Source of the DNA: Vicugna vicugna
Lineage: Eukaryota
Direction: 5' to 3'
Assembly: GCA_013265495.1 (NCBI GenBank)
Contig: MU058781.1
Coordinates: 9,405,009-9,469,008 of the forward strand
Length of the DNA: 64,000 bases
Of the stretch, positions 49,001-62,685 are shown one piece after another (position 1 is the first letter of the stretch; each line of letters begins with the position of its first letter). The notes beneath the pieces are model-generated. The model saw nothing but the letters and a program-made list of their open reading frames with translations, ran no database searches and was not told where the DNA came from. A program made the position numbers and the translations under genes.

Positions 49001-52000
49001 CAGAAGTTCTGGGCAAGCCGAGGAGCTCGGGGCTAATTAGGACCCTGAGACATTAAGCAGCAGCTGTTTGATGGTGTGAACTTTTGCACAGAGGGTTTCA
49101 CGAGGCTAATTCTCCTTGGAAGGCTGTTTGCGAAGTGGTTCTTTCCTGGCTGTTGCTTCATTCTTCTTTGGAGGCCTGTTTTCACTGAGTTTGAGCATTT
49201 TGTGCCAAACCTAGCAATGACCTTATGGTTCCTGAATCTGCCGCACGGACCTGACCGGCAGGGCAGGGCTGGGCTGGGGGTGCACTGGCAGAACTGAACC
49301 AGGAGGGCAGGGGTCTTCTCTAAGCCCGCTGGCTCTCAAGTTGGTCCAAGGGGAAGAGAAAATGTTTCTTCTGCCTTTTCTGCTCGTAAAGGGGGGTGCT
49401 GGGCCCCCTCCTCCCTCTTGCTTCTTCTCTGAACTCTCACACCCACTCTCATCCTTCACCTCTGCACTTAAGTCTGAACTGGCTTTTTTGGTCCCACTTA
49501 ACATGTGAGTGTATTTTACAAGGAAAATTTTGAAAAATGAATGAAAATGTATCTAAAGTTCACTAAGGTATAGGCCTTAGGGTATATAACAAGTTTTCTT
49601 CCCTCCCTCCTGTTTCCTGCCTTCCATTCTACACGATTGTTTTTTCTTTCTCTCCTCTCACAAGCATTTGCTCTTACAGTGAAACTACTCAGCTAAACAT
49701 ACTTAGACATGTTTTAGAAAGGAAAATCACTCTCTAAAAAGTGCTATTAAAGGCACAATAGAGTCTGGGATCCATGAGAAATAGCAGAGTTAAAAAGGGC
49801 GAAAATTAACATCAGTTATTTAATTTATTAATAAAAAGTTACTTAAATGATTAAGACTACAGAATACACTGAATTTTCATATTATGGCATTTCTTTTTTA
49901 GGAATGCATATCTTGCATTAAAAGATACACACACTTCTCATAGACACATGAAATCTCCATGCAAAAGGCTCTTTAAGTGGGAGAGGACTGTATCTCTATC
50001 ATATACCGATAGAGAAATAATTACACACATTAAAGTGCACGAGAAAATATTGGACATTAAAACTGTTGATGCATTGCTTTTATTTACATTTAAGTTTGAT
50101 TTACATTGGAAAATGTAAAAGGAACTAAGGTCACAGATACAATCCTATGTATGTAAAAATGCACTTCTGAATGTTTAGAAGGAGCTATGCCTGAGTATTT
50201 AACAGAAGTTGAATAGGGGTTATGAACATGTGAAACTATTTTCACATTTGCTTCTCTATTTTCTATAATCTAGCAAATCTGATGTAATTATAACATTAAC
50301 CTTTGCTAACGTACTTTAATGAATGAGCACTAGAATGGCTCTCTCCTGTGTGTCTTTCTCTGACGTGATTCAGATGAGACGGGTTGCAGAACTTCAGCAA
50401 AAGTTACTGTTATAAGTCTGTTCACATTTGCGAGGCTTCCAATCATGTGTGTGACTTACACCCTTTGGAGTGAGCCTGGTGCAGGTGGTTTACACCTGGA
50501 TCTCCAGAAAGAGACTGGAATGTTTTCTGTCTTCCCCGGTAGCCTCCCATCTTTCTCCTCCATGCTCACTTGATTCCTTTTCTTTGACTTCAAGGATGCG
50601 TCCTTCCTCCCTGTTCACATCCTGTTTCTGTGTTTTCCTTCTGGGATCTTGCCCACCTTCTTCCTCACGGTTGCTGCAGTGTATTCTCTTTCTGCCACCT
50701 TGGAGATGATCCCTGAATTACCTTATTAAAGATGACTCATAATCAGGGAGCCACCAGTCGCCAGTAAAGTTAATAGAGCTTTTCTGGGACCCCATTTGTG
50801 GCAATAAAATTTGCAACTAGGCATGAGCAGTTTCAATTTGCAACAGTGTCCTAATTGTTCGGAGGTGTCTATAAAAAGAGTGTGGCAAATTAAACTCGCT
50901 TGTGAACAGAGATGTTTTTTCTTACCATAAGAGGTGCTCCCTGGAAAGCACCCCTCTTCAGTGGTGACACCCGACGGTTGCCTCAAGCATTTGCTCTCTC
51001 TCACTGTACTTGACGTATGGCGCAGGGGTGCCCATTTCTCACAATGCAGGCTGTCTACATCTTGTCGGAGAGAACACTTGAACCAGAGGTAGCACCACCC
51101 AGGTTGGTGAATCGAAGAAATCGTTGTGTTACTGATGCATTTTAACCTTGAGTCAACCTTTTTACATACCACCTAATGAAAATCTGTTTGAATTAATTCT
51201 CATCATCCCCTTCCTTAAACCCTAAAAGCCACAAGTTAGAAATTAGAGTCTTAGGATAACCTCCTCCTTTTCCATGTTCCCAATCTCCAAGGGTTAAGCT
51301 GGGGGCGAGGGGATGTCTCTAAGGTGTCATGTTTTCACGAATGTCTCAGGCATGTCTTTCTATTTCTTGTCTTTATCTGCCCTTCTTACCTTCATTTTTC
51401 TTCGTATCATCCCCTCAACCCACCCTGTTCCTAAATCCCTTCAAGGGTGAATGTCAATAAATACCAGATTGTAGCCTACTTGTAATGCCTTTGATTTTGA
51501 GTAATGTCTTGTAAGGTGAAAATTCCTTAACAGAAGCTGTCACTCGTTAAACTTGGACGTATTGATTCGACCCGAAGTATTCTTCTTTAGTGGATAATTG
51601 GTGAATATTTCAGGCTGAATAAAGACGTTCTGGGTAGAACTTAACTATACTTCATACCAAGGAGAGAACTGAAGAAACATTTGAATTGTTAACCAGATGA
51701 ACCTATTGCCTTGGTAACCATCCTCTAAAACCTAACAGAAGCAGCTGATTTGGGGAGTGAGTTTTGGAGTCAGGCTGCCTCATTCTGTAGATAGCTGGTG
51801 GCATATAAATAGGATATACTCTATATATTTGGCGGGTGGGAGAATACTAGTATATCAGAAATGAAAATGGAAGGTGAGCAGGAGACGTTTGGATCCCCAG
51901 GAAACTACCTTTGCTATCACTAGTAATTTTCCCTTAGAAATGCAGCTGAGAGAATCTGATAGTGTTGTGACCTCCCACTGACAGGAAATAGATTGCTGGG

Positions 52001-53224
52001 AGGCAGACAAGTACACGCTCCAGAATCAAACTTCTGAGTCCCTTACCTCTCTCTACCTTAGTTGCCCCATCTGTAAAATGGGGATGCCTCACAGAATTAT
52101 AAATTCTCTCCTCTGAAGGAAATTTGGGTAACCCGGGCCTGGCTCAGCTTGGGATCTCGGAGCTGGCCTGTTGAGCTGCAGGAAGGCCCTGAGACCCTTC
52201 TGTGATTCATGTCCTGGGCTGGACATGTCAGCATCTCTGACTTGACTTCCATTGTGGACTGAGATGGTGGTGCTCAGTGATTCTCTCCCTTAGATCTCTC
52301 TGACCTCGGAGAGCCTGTCTCAGGGAGGCTAAGGGATTCCTTGTGGGGACCGCCATGCTTGGAGGGCAGGAGTGCTATTCTCCAAGCCCACGTCTCTCTG
52401 TGCACTGATTCCCCTGGGGACCTGGGGAGGGGCATCTTCATTGTGCTGGGTGTTAAGGACTTGGCCTTAACTTTGAACAACAACTTAGGCAGAGGTGGGC
52501 AGTGTTTCCAGAGTGCCCTCTTCTCTTCCCCTCTCCAGTGTGATTTTATTACTTGTGAGCAGAGTTGACTTCTGGAGGAAAAATAGAACCCATTGTAACG
52601 CTGAAAGAAAAAGAAACAACGACAACTCCAGACAGCTATTTGTGCTTGTTTTACAGCAGGACCCCACCTCCCATCATTCTTTCCAGTCCCCTGTGGGGTC
52701 CTGGAACCTTCTTTGCTTCAGACTCCCCCAGGTTAGACTTAATTATAAACACTAGAGCTGAAGGGTTGGGAGTGGTCCATATGCTCGGACAGAGCAGAGG
52801 ACAAAGCTCTGTTTGTCCCCACATTCTGAGGCCCTTAGCAGAGCACCTTCCTTTTGAGCTGTTGCCTGAACTTAAGTACTTAACTTTCTAGGCAAAGTCA
52901 CTTGTAAGCACACAGAAGAGTTCATTGTGTCTCCCAAATTTCTCTTGATCTTTGTGTTTGCAACGTTCTCATGTTACATCTTGCCAGTGACAAGATAGGT
53001 AAAGAACTTAAGTAGGGAGGATTTCCTCAATCTAAATTCTATCCATTTCTATCAGATCAGATTTTCTAACTTACAGAAGTGAAAGCTTCTGCTGTGCTTC
53101 TTCGGAAGGAATCAAAATGACAGTTTGTTTAGAATCTTGTTTGAATCAACTCTGTATCTGAGGGCTGGTTTCCCTCCGGAAAGGAAAATCCTTTATTTTT
53201 TCCTAAAACTTTTTTCTCCAGCCC

Positions 53225-53287
53225 CTTTAGAACAGTGACTTGTGCACAGTTGATGCTGAATACATACGTGTTGAATGAATTAATAAA
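53225..53287 (+). mobile_element. L2 3' terminus
   Basis: tagaacagtgact...gcacagttgatgctgaatacatacgtgttgaatgaat. Confidence 0.55.
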
Positions 53288-54327
53288 CACTTTACCTAAA
53301 TCTTGTCTCACCGTCTGTTTTGCACCCTTTGCTATTGCTGTAGTTGTTCAAAATCTGCTAAAGTCAAGCGAATCTGCTTGCTGTTTTTTTTTGAACATAG
53401 CACATGAGTTTTCACTTCTGTTACTTTGCACAGTTCTTTGTACAGATTCTTCCCTCTGCCCAGGTTGCCCTCCTTCCCCTGTTCAGTAACTTTTATTGCT
53501 GTTACTGACATTCTAGCTCAAAACCTAAACCTTCCAACAAATCTTCAGTGAGCAGCCCCATCTCACAAGGTCTTCTCTACCCATTTACATCTCCACCACA
53601 CACTAATCTGACTTGCTCTGTTTGGAACACCCAGGAACGTAAGTGTATCTTTAAATAATGAGTACACTTTTGTATGATGGAAGAATGCGGAGTGTGGAAC
53701 CTGGATGTTAGAAGGAACAGCTCGTCCTCTCTGGGCAGAACACCCCTGGGCTGACAGGTTGAAGTTCATTGATGCCATGTTGGTGGCAGTCCTGAGTCCC
53801 TGTGAGCATTTATGGGCTCACATGTCCCTGAGATGAGGCTTATTTCAAGATGACTCTTCTTAGCCCTTCTCTCTTCTCTGGCAGCAGTCATTAAGAGATT
53901 AGATTTCTTGAAATATCAGCATTTTTTTGGCCCCCTGGCTGAGTAATGCTCAGTAGCTTAAGGAGGAAGGGATTCCAGAATAGATCTTCAGCAGTAAAGA
54001 AATGCTGAGCTTTGAAAATAAACTTTCATAGTGGAATGCACTTACTGTGAAGGGGCATATGCTTCTTAAAAACATAACTCAGTCAAGGGTATTTAGAGGT
54101 GCTGGTAGAGAGGGGAGGGGATTTGGAGTGTGGGGCGGTGGGGGGTGTGACCGGGGGAAGGAGACTGACTTTGGTTTCTCATCCTAGTTGACAACCATCA
54201 TGCAGCAGTATTTGAACATCCCAGTTTTTAGAATATGTACACTTCTTACTTGGAAGGAATTGCTCAAATGGCTTCAAGACTTAGTTTTTGGATCACTGTT
54301 CATAGAACAAAAGGTTGCAGTATTTTT

Positions 54328-54545
54328 TAAAATTTAATTTAATTTTTTAATTGAAGTATAGGCAATTAAAATGTGTCAATTTCTGGTATACAGCACAATG
54401 TCCCAGTCATGCATATACATACATATATTTGTTTTCATATTCTTTTTCATTAAAGGTTATTACAAGGTATTGAATATATTTCCCTGTGATATACAGAAGA
54501 AAAAAATTTAAATCTGTCTTTATATAGAGCAGCAATATAGTGGCT
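54328..54545 (-). mobile_element. Young camelid L1 3' end (218 bp) with perfect 16-bp TSD
   Basis: tcccagtcatgcatatacatacat...aaaggttattacaaggtattgaatat..tccctgtgatatacagaagaaa; TSD aggttgcagtattttt at 54312-54327 and 54546-54561. Confidence 0.93.
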
Positions 54546-56539
54546 AGGTTGCAGTATTTTTGAGTAAAATTACACTCTGGCCTCTTTAGCAACAGAGAAG
54601 GCTAGACTTTCTGAAAGATGGTTTGTGGTTCTGAAGTGCCCACTGATGTCAGGAGAAGGAATGAAATGAGGCTGAGAATGCAGAATTGTAGTAAGATCTG
54701 GAAGCAAATTATGTTAAAATACCTACCTAAACAAGGGAAGGATGTGGCCGCTTAGGTGTCCTGGGTGAGCCGTAGGACTGCTTAGCACCTGAAAATGGCA
54801 GATGGAGTTTGGTTTGGTAATGAGAATACAATCCTGCATTTATATTTTTATATCTTCTTTATTAAAAAAATACTAGTATTGGAATCTCTTTGGACAGGGA
54901 AAAAAGGGCAGAGTTGTATATCTATCATCTCCAAATCCATTAGCCCGATGAGTGAATTGGTTACTGTTTAGTGAACATGGGTGGGATTGCATTAACCCAA
55001 AGAATTGGGTTGGTTCTGATAAGGATACAGAGAAAGACTTTCTATTTGACTCTACTGCAACCAACTAAAGCTTGCAGCTAAATGGAAACCCAGTAAGACG
55101 AGATAAAGCATGATAAAAGACGAAAGTGTAGTTTCTCACAGTTGGAGCAGGAAGATAAGGAAGCTACACTTGGCCTTTGAATAGAATTTGTACATGCCAA
55201 GATCCCATGTGCATTAATTCCTGTGTTAGCACCTGCTTTCACTCTATTGCTGATGTTTAATTTAGTAATAAATCCAAAAGCCTCATGCTATGTTCTGGGT
55301 CTTCCTAATAGACACCGTGTGTTCACAGCAAATCACCTCTTTCCTGCCTGTTTCTTGACTCATACCTGGGAACCTGCTCTTCCAGGTACAACATACTATA
55401 GTCATTTCCTCCAACTTTTCTTTCTCCATTTGGCTGCCTATCCCAACTTCTCTCCCTAGAGTTGAAATGAAAATGTTGTGTATCTTAATATATTTCACAT
55501 GGTCTATAACAAGCCAAAATTTGTGGCTGAAATATTTTGAGAATCATGTATATTTCAGCAATTCCTTGCTTCACTTCATTTGAATAATGAAACATATACA
55601 TTTTCATCATACTTTTGGTGATAGAGCTCATGACAGCACATTGACAATGAAGTAAATTCCATCAGTCTGAGGAATTTAACCTAAAATGGAGCTAGTGATG
55701 GAGCCTGGAGCATGGGCAGAGTTTAAGACAAAAATGGATAGTAGGCACTAGGCAAGTCTCACATTATCTTCTCTATGAATCGCTGGTAGGGTCAAGAGAT
55801 AATTTTCATCAGCGTCTTGACTTGTCTGGCTAATTAAGAAGACATGTCTCTGCAGTGTAAGCCTATTAAGTGAAAAGGGTTGGGTCTTATTGGGTATAAT
55901 TGTAATTAAGAACAGTCCACCATCCCTTTTGTAATTTTACCAAAATATGTGTATCCTAAATAGAACAAAATCACGGTTAAGCAAAGCAAAACCTGTGATA
56001 CTTATTACTTGTTGAATGATGTTACACCGATATCAATATGTGGATTTCATAGGGTTTTCTTTTTAATTCTGTGGGATCTGAGACTCATTTGAAATAACTT
56101 TGGCAGAAGAGTATTAGCTACTCAGAGCTATAAAGGATATTTTGGGCTGGAATATAAAAACCACATGTAGTAATTAATATAAAAGCAGCTGAAAGTGCCT
56201 GAGGTCAGTAGTTGCTACATCTATATTGCATGTAAACAGAGTATTAGCCAAAATTACTTTCAGAGGACCCTAATTACATCTGTTTTAAATTAATTTAGTC
56301 TGATTTAATGATATTTTTTATATGAATTTGCTTCACAGTTACTCTGATTGCAATTTCCTTTCCCTGAGAAGAATGTATACGAGATGAGATCATTGTAAAC
56401 TTTGGTAATGATATCCAGGGTCATCAGACGAAATACCAAAGTGTGGTATCTTATTGCATAGAATCATCAGTCGAAAGAATATGAAGCTAACAGATACAGA
56501 GCCAGTCATTTTGGCCTCATTTCAATTTGTTTATATATC

Positions 56540-56870
56540 TTTTTCCATGTAAAGATTTCATACAGTGAAGTGCACAAATCTTGTGTGTATGAATTTTGAC
56601 AAATGCATACACTTGTGTACTTTGGACTCTAGTCCAAAAGTCATTCTCTAGATCTTGATAGGAGAGATCCAGAGTATTCGCTAGTGTTAACTCTTGTCCC
56701 GGCTAGTTCTGCTCCTTCCTATCACTGCGTCACCGCATCAACAGGTAACCATTCCTCTGCCTTTAACAATTTTCCCGTTGTGGATGAGGTTAGCCTCTCC
56801 TATAGCTTCATGTAAATGAAGCCTCACAACATGGACGGTTGGTTTAAGGCTTCTCTCACTCATAAGCTTC
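56540..56870 (-). mobile_element. Old L1 (L1ME-like) 3' fragment
   Basis: catacagtgaagtgcacaaatctt...tgaattttgacaaatgcatacacttgtgta...aggtaaccatt. Confidence 0.6.
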
Positions 56871-57014
56871 ATTGTCATGAATCGTTTTCATATCATGTAT
56901 AATAGAAGCTAATTATAAGCGGTTGTTTAGGAATAAAGCAGAGTGGTCCTGTTTCAAGGAAGGAAGGTAAAAATAATTTTGAGATGCTTAGGCTAGCATA
57001 ACATTGATCTGTTT

Positions 57015-58035
57015 TCTAATTGAAATTTTAACTGAGGTAATTATAGATGCACATACAGTTGTAAGAAGTAATGAAGCCTTTAACCAGTTCCCCCCACTGG
57101 TAACATTTTACAGAAATACAGTACAATGTCAACCAGGAGATTGACACTGATGCAATCTACCAAGCTTGGTCACATTTGCAATGTAACCTACACTCTGGTG
57201 TGTGTCTGTATTTAGTTCTATACAATTTTATCCCCCGTGTAGGTTTGTGTATCCACCACAGTAAAGACGCTGAGCAGTTCAGTAGCAGGAGCATCTGTCT
57301 TTTTGCCCTTGTTAATAGCTACACCTCATTTCCTCCCACCATTCCTCTCCTGTCCCTAGCCTCTGGAAACCACTAATTGGTTCACCATTTCTTAAAAAAA
57401 AAAAAAAAAAGCTTTATGTGCATGGAATCATATAGTTTAAAACCTTATGGATTGGCTTTTTTGACTTAACATAACTCTGTAGATTGTTGCAGGTTGTTGC
57501 ATGCATCAGTGATCTGTTCCTTTTTATTGTGGGATAGTATTCTATGGTACGTATATACCACCGTTTAACCATTCACCTGTTGAAGGGCACCTGGGCTGCT
57601 TCCAGTTTTTGGCTGTTATGAATGAAGCTGCTTTGAACATTGGTGTACAGGTTTTTGTGTGAACATAAGTTCTCATTTCTCTGGGACAGATGCCCAAGAC
57701 TGAAATTGCTGGGTCGTATGTTAATTGCGTGTTTGGTTCGGCAGTTTCTTTTTAAACTATTTTTCGGAGTAGCTGTACCAATTTATACTTGTCCAGCAAA
57801 GTTGGAGTGATGTAGTTTTTCTGCATCCTCACAAGCATTTGGAGGTTTTTTTTTTTTTTTCCTTTAAATTTTCGTTGCTCTGATAGGTGTGAAGTGAGAT
57901 TTCATTAGATTTAATTTGCATTTCTCTGATAGCTAATGATCTGGAACATCTTTTCATGGGCTTATTTGCCATCCATATTATATTCTCTTCGGTGAAGTGT
58001 CTTCATGCCTTTTACCTGTTTTTCTAATTGGATTA
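57015..58035 (-). mobile_element. L1MC (L1MC1-like) 3' fragment
   Basis: tagatgcacatacagttgtaagaa...aaccaggagattgacactgat...accattcacctgttgaaggg...tttaatttgcatttctctgatagctaatgat. Confidence 0.9.
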
Positions 58036-58694
58036 AAAAAAAATTTGTGCTTAAAAGACAGACTAAACAAAACACAACCCAAGTAGCTTTCAAGAATGTT
58101 TAAGAAATATCCCAAGAAATACCTCACTTGACTTGAGATGCTTTTACTCGCTAGGTAAGTAGGTAAATAAATTGAATCACTTAATAGATGTTAATGGTTG
58201 TTTTCCAACAAATGGGTGGAAAGAATTGCAAGCTTTCTGTGGCTCCCAGTTTCCCTGTCAATAGCTTGGGCTTCTGATCACTCCAGTTTTCCCAGGTTTT
58301 GTGCCCTTCTTGTCTGCCCCAGTTCTTCTGTTCTCTATTCCTTTTCTCTGTGACAAGCTGGGTGACAGATCTCATCCCCTTGACTAGTTTAATTCTGAAG
58401 CATATCGATGGATTCCTTAAATGGACTTTGTGGATCAAATTGTTATTTATTTATTTATTTTTTGGTAGAACTTGGACATTTGAGAACACCTATCTTTGCA
58501 CAGTCCTGTAGTGTTTGCTTCTGTCACTGCAAGACAGTGTCAGAGTTACCTTGACGGGGACGTAAGAAAGAAGCAGTCAAGTGACAGTGCAGAAAACCTT
58601 TTGAGTATACTTGGTAATGAAGTGACTGTAGAGTGTTACACAGGAGTCATCGGAATGTTTCCTTCGATGATGCTTTTCTGACCAAATGATTAAA

Positions 58695-58940
58695 AAAAAA
58701 AGAGCCCAAGACTTAGAGACAAAAGGACCTGGATCTGTGACCTTGTTCTGCCCTTATTAACTTACTGACATTGGGCAGATTACTTAACCTCTCTGAGCCT
58801 CCACTTAATGATTTGTGAAAATGGGTAATAATTCACATACTACTGCAGTGAGTTCTAAGGATCAAAAAGGATAATAATGCATTTGTGAGTGATAAAGCAC
58901 TCTGGAAATGTAAGCTGCTATTATGTTTGTAATAATTATG
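58695..58940 (+). mobile_element. MIR (MIRb/c-like)
   Basis: ttgggcagattacttaacctctctgagcctc...tgtgaaaatgggtaataat. Confidence 0.85.
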
Positions 58941-61039
58941 CTTCTTCCCACAACTAAAGCAAACAAACACAACCTGGAAGAGAAAGTCATATGCATGGAA
59001 TGAGGTCAAATGATCAGTGTTTCCTAAGGGCAAAGGGGGGGACCTCTAAACATTGTTTTCTTAGATGTGATTTTAATTCTGTTGGGTAGGCAAGAAACTG
59101 CTGAAAAATTTAATCAACAATAATTGCACTTCATTTAGGCTATGATATGGCCATTAAAGAAAGCTACCCAGAGTTAAAGTTGAGTTGCTTTAGGAGTTTT
59201 CTGATCTTACCCACTGAAATTCTATTTTTAAGGATGGGTTAGGAATCTATTTGCCAGTCAAAGCCTTATTCAAGGTCATAATTCCCCCTACTTAATCAAC
59301 AGCTAGATAAGACTGACGGTGAAGAAGCCAGACAGACCTAGGTACATACAAGGAGGAGTATTAACTGGGTATGACCTTGGATGAAAGATTAGCTCCCTCT
59401 TTATCCATACTACAGGTCCAAATGAAACTGCTCATTGATGGTGTAGGTAATAAACTATCCGAACATCTGTCTTTAAATAATAACTTTGAATGGTTTTGTA
59501 CATAGTAGACACAGGTAACAAGGTAGCTGGTATCCCTGTCTAGAAATTGAGGAGTTCAGAGGAAAGGTCGATGAGGGCCTGCTCAGCAGCAAAAGCTTTT
59601 TGTTTAAAAATATGTCACTAAAAAATGTCATTGACGAACAATTGAAGATTTAATGAAACCAAAAGCCAGTTTGCATGCATGCAATTTCCCTCCACCCCAC
59701 CCCCCATTTTAGTTTAGGCAATTTGTTTTTGTGATTTAGGATAATTAAAAGTTCTTGAGGCTGTTGTGAAGATCAGATAAGATAAATGTATGTAAAAGTG
59801 CTTTGGGAATCTTTATGTGTTACGCAAACTTTGTCTGTTTTCGAGGTGTAATAGTAGTGCTGTGGAATGTCTTCATCAAGTTGGAAAACGTGTCTAAGAA
59901 TATTTCCAGTCGTTGGATAGTATAGGACAAAGTTTGAAACTTGCATCCCCGATGCCATGTATATCACCACTCTACTCTTGGAACACACAGCCACAAATTG
60001 AATCACTGTCTACTTTGCATTTTTAACAATTCAGTTGTAGGTGGTAACGTTTACAAAATTATCCATGAAATCTGGGAGAAGCAATGCAGTGACTTTGGAG
60101 AGCACATGAGGGGAGACCCTTAGTTTAATGGAAACCCAGCCAATGATTACATTAGGTGACAGGAAGAGGGTGGAATGGATTATGGAAAAATGAGAAAGGA
60201 AGTGAATAAGTCATTATGCTCTTAGTTACAGTATATTTTTACAGTTGATTCTGTGGATGGTATATTGTTTAATTCATTACAGGTTTTAAGGACCAACTTC
60301 AGTTTAAAAGCATGAATGATTGAAGCTCTCACCAAAGTCTAATCCCAGCTACTAGAAGGCGATGACTCTTTAAATGTCCTTGAATCTGAAATAGAGTACA
60401 GTTTTCCTGTACTGTCGGACCCCTCCAATATTTGTTTTCTCTCAAATACAAAGGTTTATTTCACTCTTGACAAACTTCTAAGGCAATTGCTTCCTGCCTT
60501 TTAATATAGGATATTGGTATCTTTAAAAATGTGCATGTTTTAAATATGTTAGAAATTTGTTTAAACCTTGTCCTTCTTTTAAGAATAAAAAATACCTGAT
60601 GATCATAGCAATGGTATAACCTTTGTAAAGTATTATTATTTATGTTACTTGGATCTGATGGTATGATCAGCTACTATATTCACTTACTACCTTGAAAAAG
60701 AGAATTTTAGAGGAATTCAACAATAGCTTTCCTTGGATTCCTCCCTCCTTTTGTGACTGATTTCGCGTGGCTCTCGACGTGTTAAGTCAGCCCTGTGAAT
60801 CATGTTGGTCAGCTCACCTGACAAGATAAAGCATGTGCCTGTATCCCTTTGTTTCAGAAGTAACCAAACAGATCAAGGCATCTAGCCTCATAGGTTTCTT
60901 ACCTCCTCTAAAATTCCTAGATGTTCATTAATTCACATGTGTGTAAGCAGCCTTCAGCTTTTCATACTGACCCATAATTGTGACTCTGGAGAGTGGAGTT
61001 AATATTATTCTTGTTGGATTTAGTCGATATGATTTAAAG

Positions 61040-61280
61040 GCATCAGAGAAGCTTTCTCTGTCTACCCTACTTAAAAATAGCAAAATTGCTCCCATAATCC
61101 TTTGTCATTTTCCCTCTTACTCCATCTTGCTTTCCCTTCCTGGCACTTGACTGTTTGATGTTATGTTAAATATTTGACTGGTTTATTGTCAGTCTACTAG
61201 AATGGCAAGGAGTGTGATCCTGTACATTAGGACCAGGACTGTGCCGGGAACATGCACAAGGATTGGTTGAACCAATTGAT
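61040..61280 (+). mobile_element. L2 3' fragment
   Basis: cagagaagctttctctgtctaccct...tggcactt...gtttattgtcagtct.ctagaatg...aggactgtgccggg. Confidence 0.6.
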
Positions 61281-62499
61281 GTGATACATGAAACACAACC
61301 AACCTATGAGATAGATTCTCCTAGTATTTAAATTCTGTCAAGTTCTAAGTGCTTTTCTCATTCTGGCTTCTAAAACTATCTTTTGTTGTATGTTGTATTG
61401 GAGGAATAACTCCTGAAGAACATTATTCCGGGAGGAAGGAAGGCAAGTGAGTGTGGGTGTCAGGTTATCCAGTAAATTTTGGAACAATTTTAGCCTATGA
61501 TTGGTTTGGGAATGTTTATTTTGTTCAAATGTGTTTGGTCTGACCTTGGAGTTAGAATTACTTAAGTTGCATAAATGTTAATGAATGTTTATCATGTGGA
61601 CTGTAAGCTGAAAACACTTAAAACATAAATATTTAAGCCGTATGTTAGAGAGTAACCAGAGCATTTTGGCTGTTTTGGATTGTGTAGGGAAATTGCCTGA
61701 TTTATTGACAAGAGCTGGAAATTTGGGAGTCCTGGGTTCTGTTTCCATTCCTGGTTTTGACAGTACTTCACAAAATGTCTAAGTTGAATAAATGTTCAAT
61801 AAGACAGAACTAATCCCTTTAAAAATACTTTTATATCACTTAGACTTTTTTGTGCTCTAGTTGCTCTGGCTTTATTGATGTTAGTCTGTTTTTCAGGTTT
61901 TTTAAAACCGGTTGACATCCTCGTTTTAGTGCATGTGTGTGTGTATTTGTGGGGAGTTTGATTCCATCTTACCAGTGCCTCTCTCGTGCGTTTCTCTCCC
62001 TTATGGTTGTGTAAGAGTCACCTTAAAAAAAACAAAAACCAGTGAATGTGGTATTTAGAATACAAAAAATAGTATAACTGTACCTAATGTAGCAAAAGTA
62101 ACTTAGAAAAGTAGGAGCAAAAATTAAGATGAATGGGACAGATTTTGATGGTGCTAGGGAATGTCATTCCCAGTGAAAGTCACCAAAGATGAGAGCCTCC
62201 TCTAAAGCAAAGAAAGTAAATGGGCTGGACCTCAATAAATCCTGAAAGAAGGCAACCTGGCACAAACAAGGTGCCCTATTTAAAGAAGCCCCATTTACCA
62301 CCATTAGCGTTATCAGGGCTTTCATGTTCGTCTTTTTTCTGTCTGGTGTGTTGGGTGAATTTTTAACTGCACAGGCTTTACAGTTAGAGCACTGGAATAG
62401 ACGATAAACAACAGCTAAAACCACTTGAGAATTCCAGGGGCCTGACTCAACTCCTCTCACTTGGCTCCCTCCTCCTGTGTGCTCACCCCCACTTGCTGG

Positions 62500-62685
62500 A
62501 GCTTCTTGAGGGGTGGTCCTGGGACCACCGGCATCCAGTCACTTGGGGCACTTGATCAAAGTGCTCGTTCAGGCTTCCCCGGTAGACCTGCTGAACCAGA
62601 AAACACGGCGGAGGAATTTTGAAATCACTTTGAACAAGCACCTCTCAGGTGATTCTCCGGCACTTCATGATTCGAGAAGCACTGG
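62500..62685 (+). mobile_element. hAT-Charlie MITE MER5A-like
   Basis: gtggtcctgggacca...cacttgggg...agacctgctgaaccagaa...tttgaacaagc...caggtgattct...tcgagaagcactg. Confidence 0.75.

Noticed and set aside
4288..62450. Repeated AP-1 motifs (TGASTCA), about 11 noticed
   Set aside because: A rough estimate gives about 8 expected by chance in 64 kb, so there is no clear enrichment or clustering.
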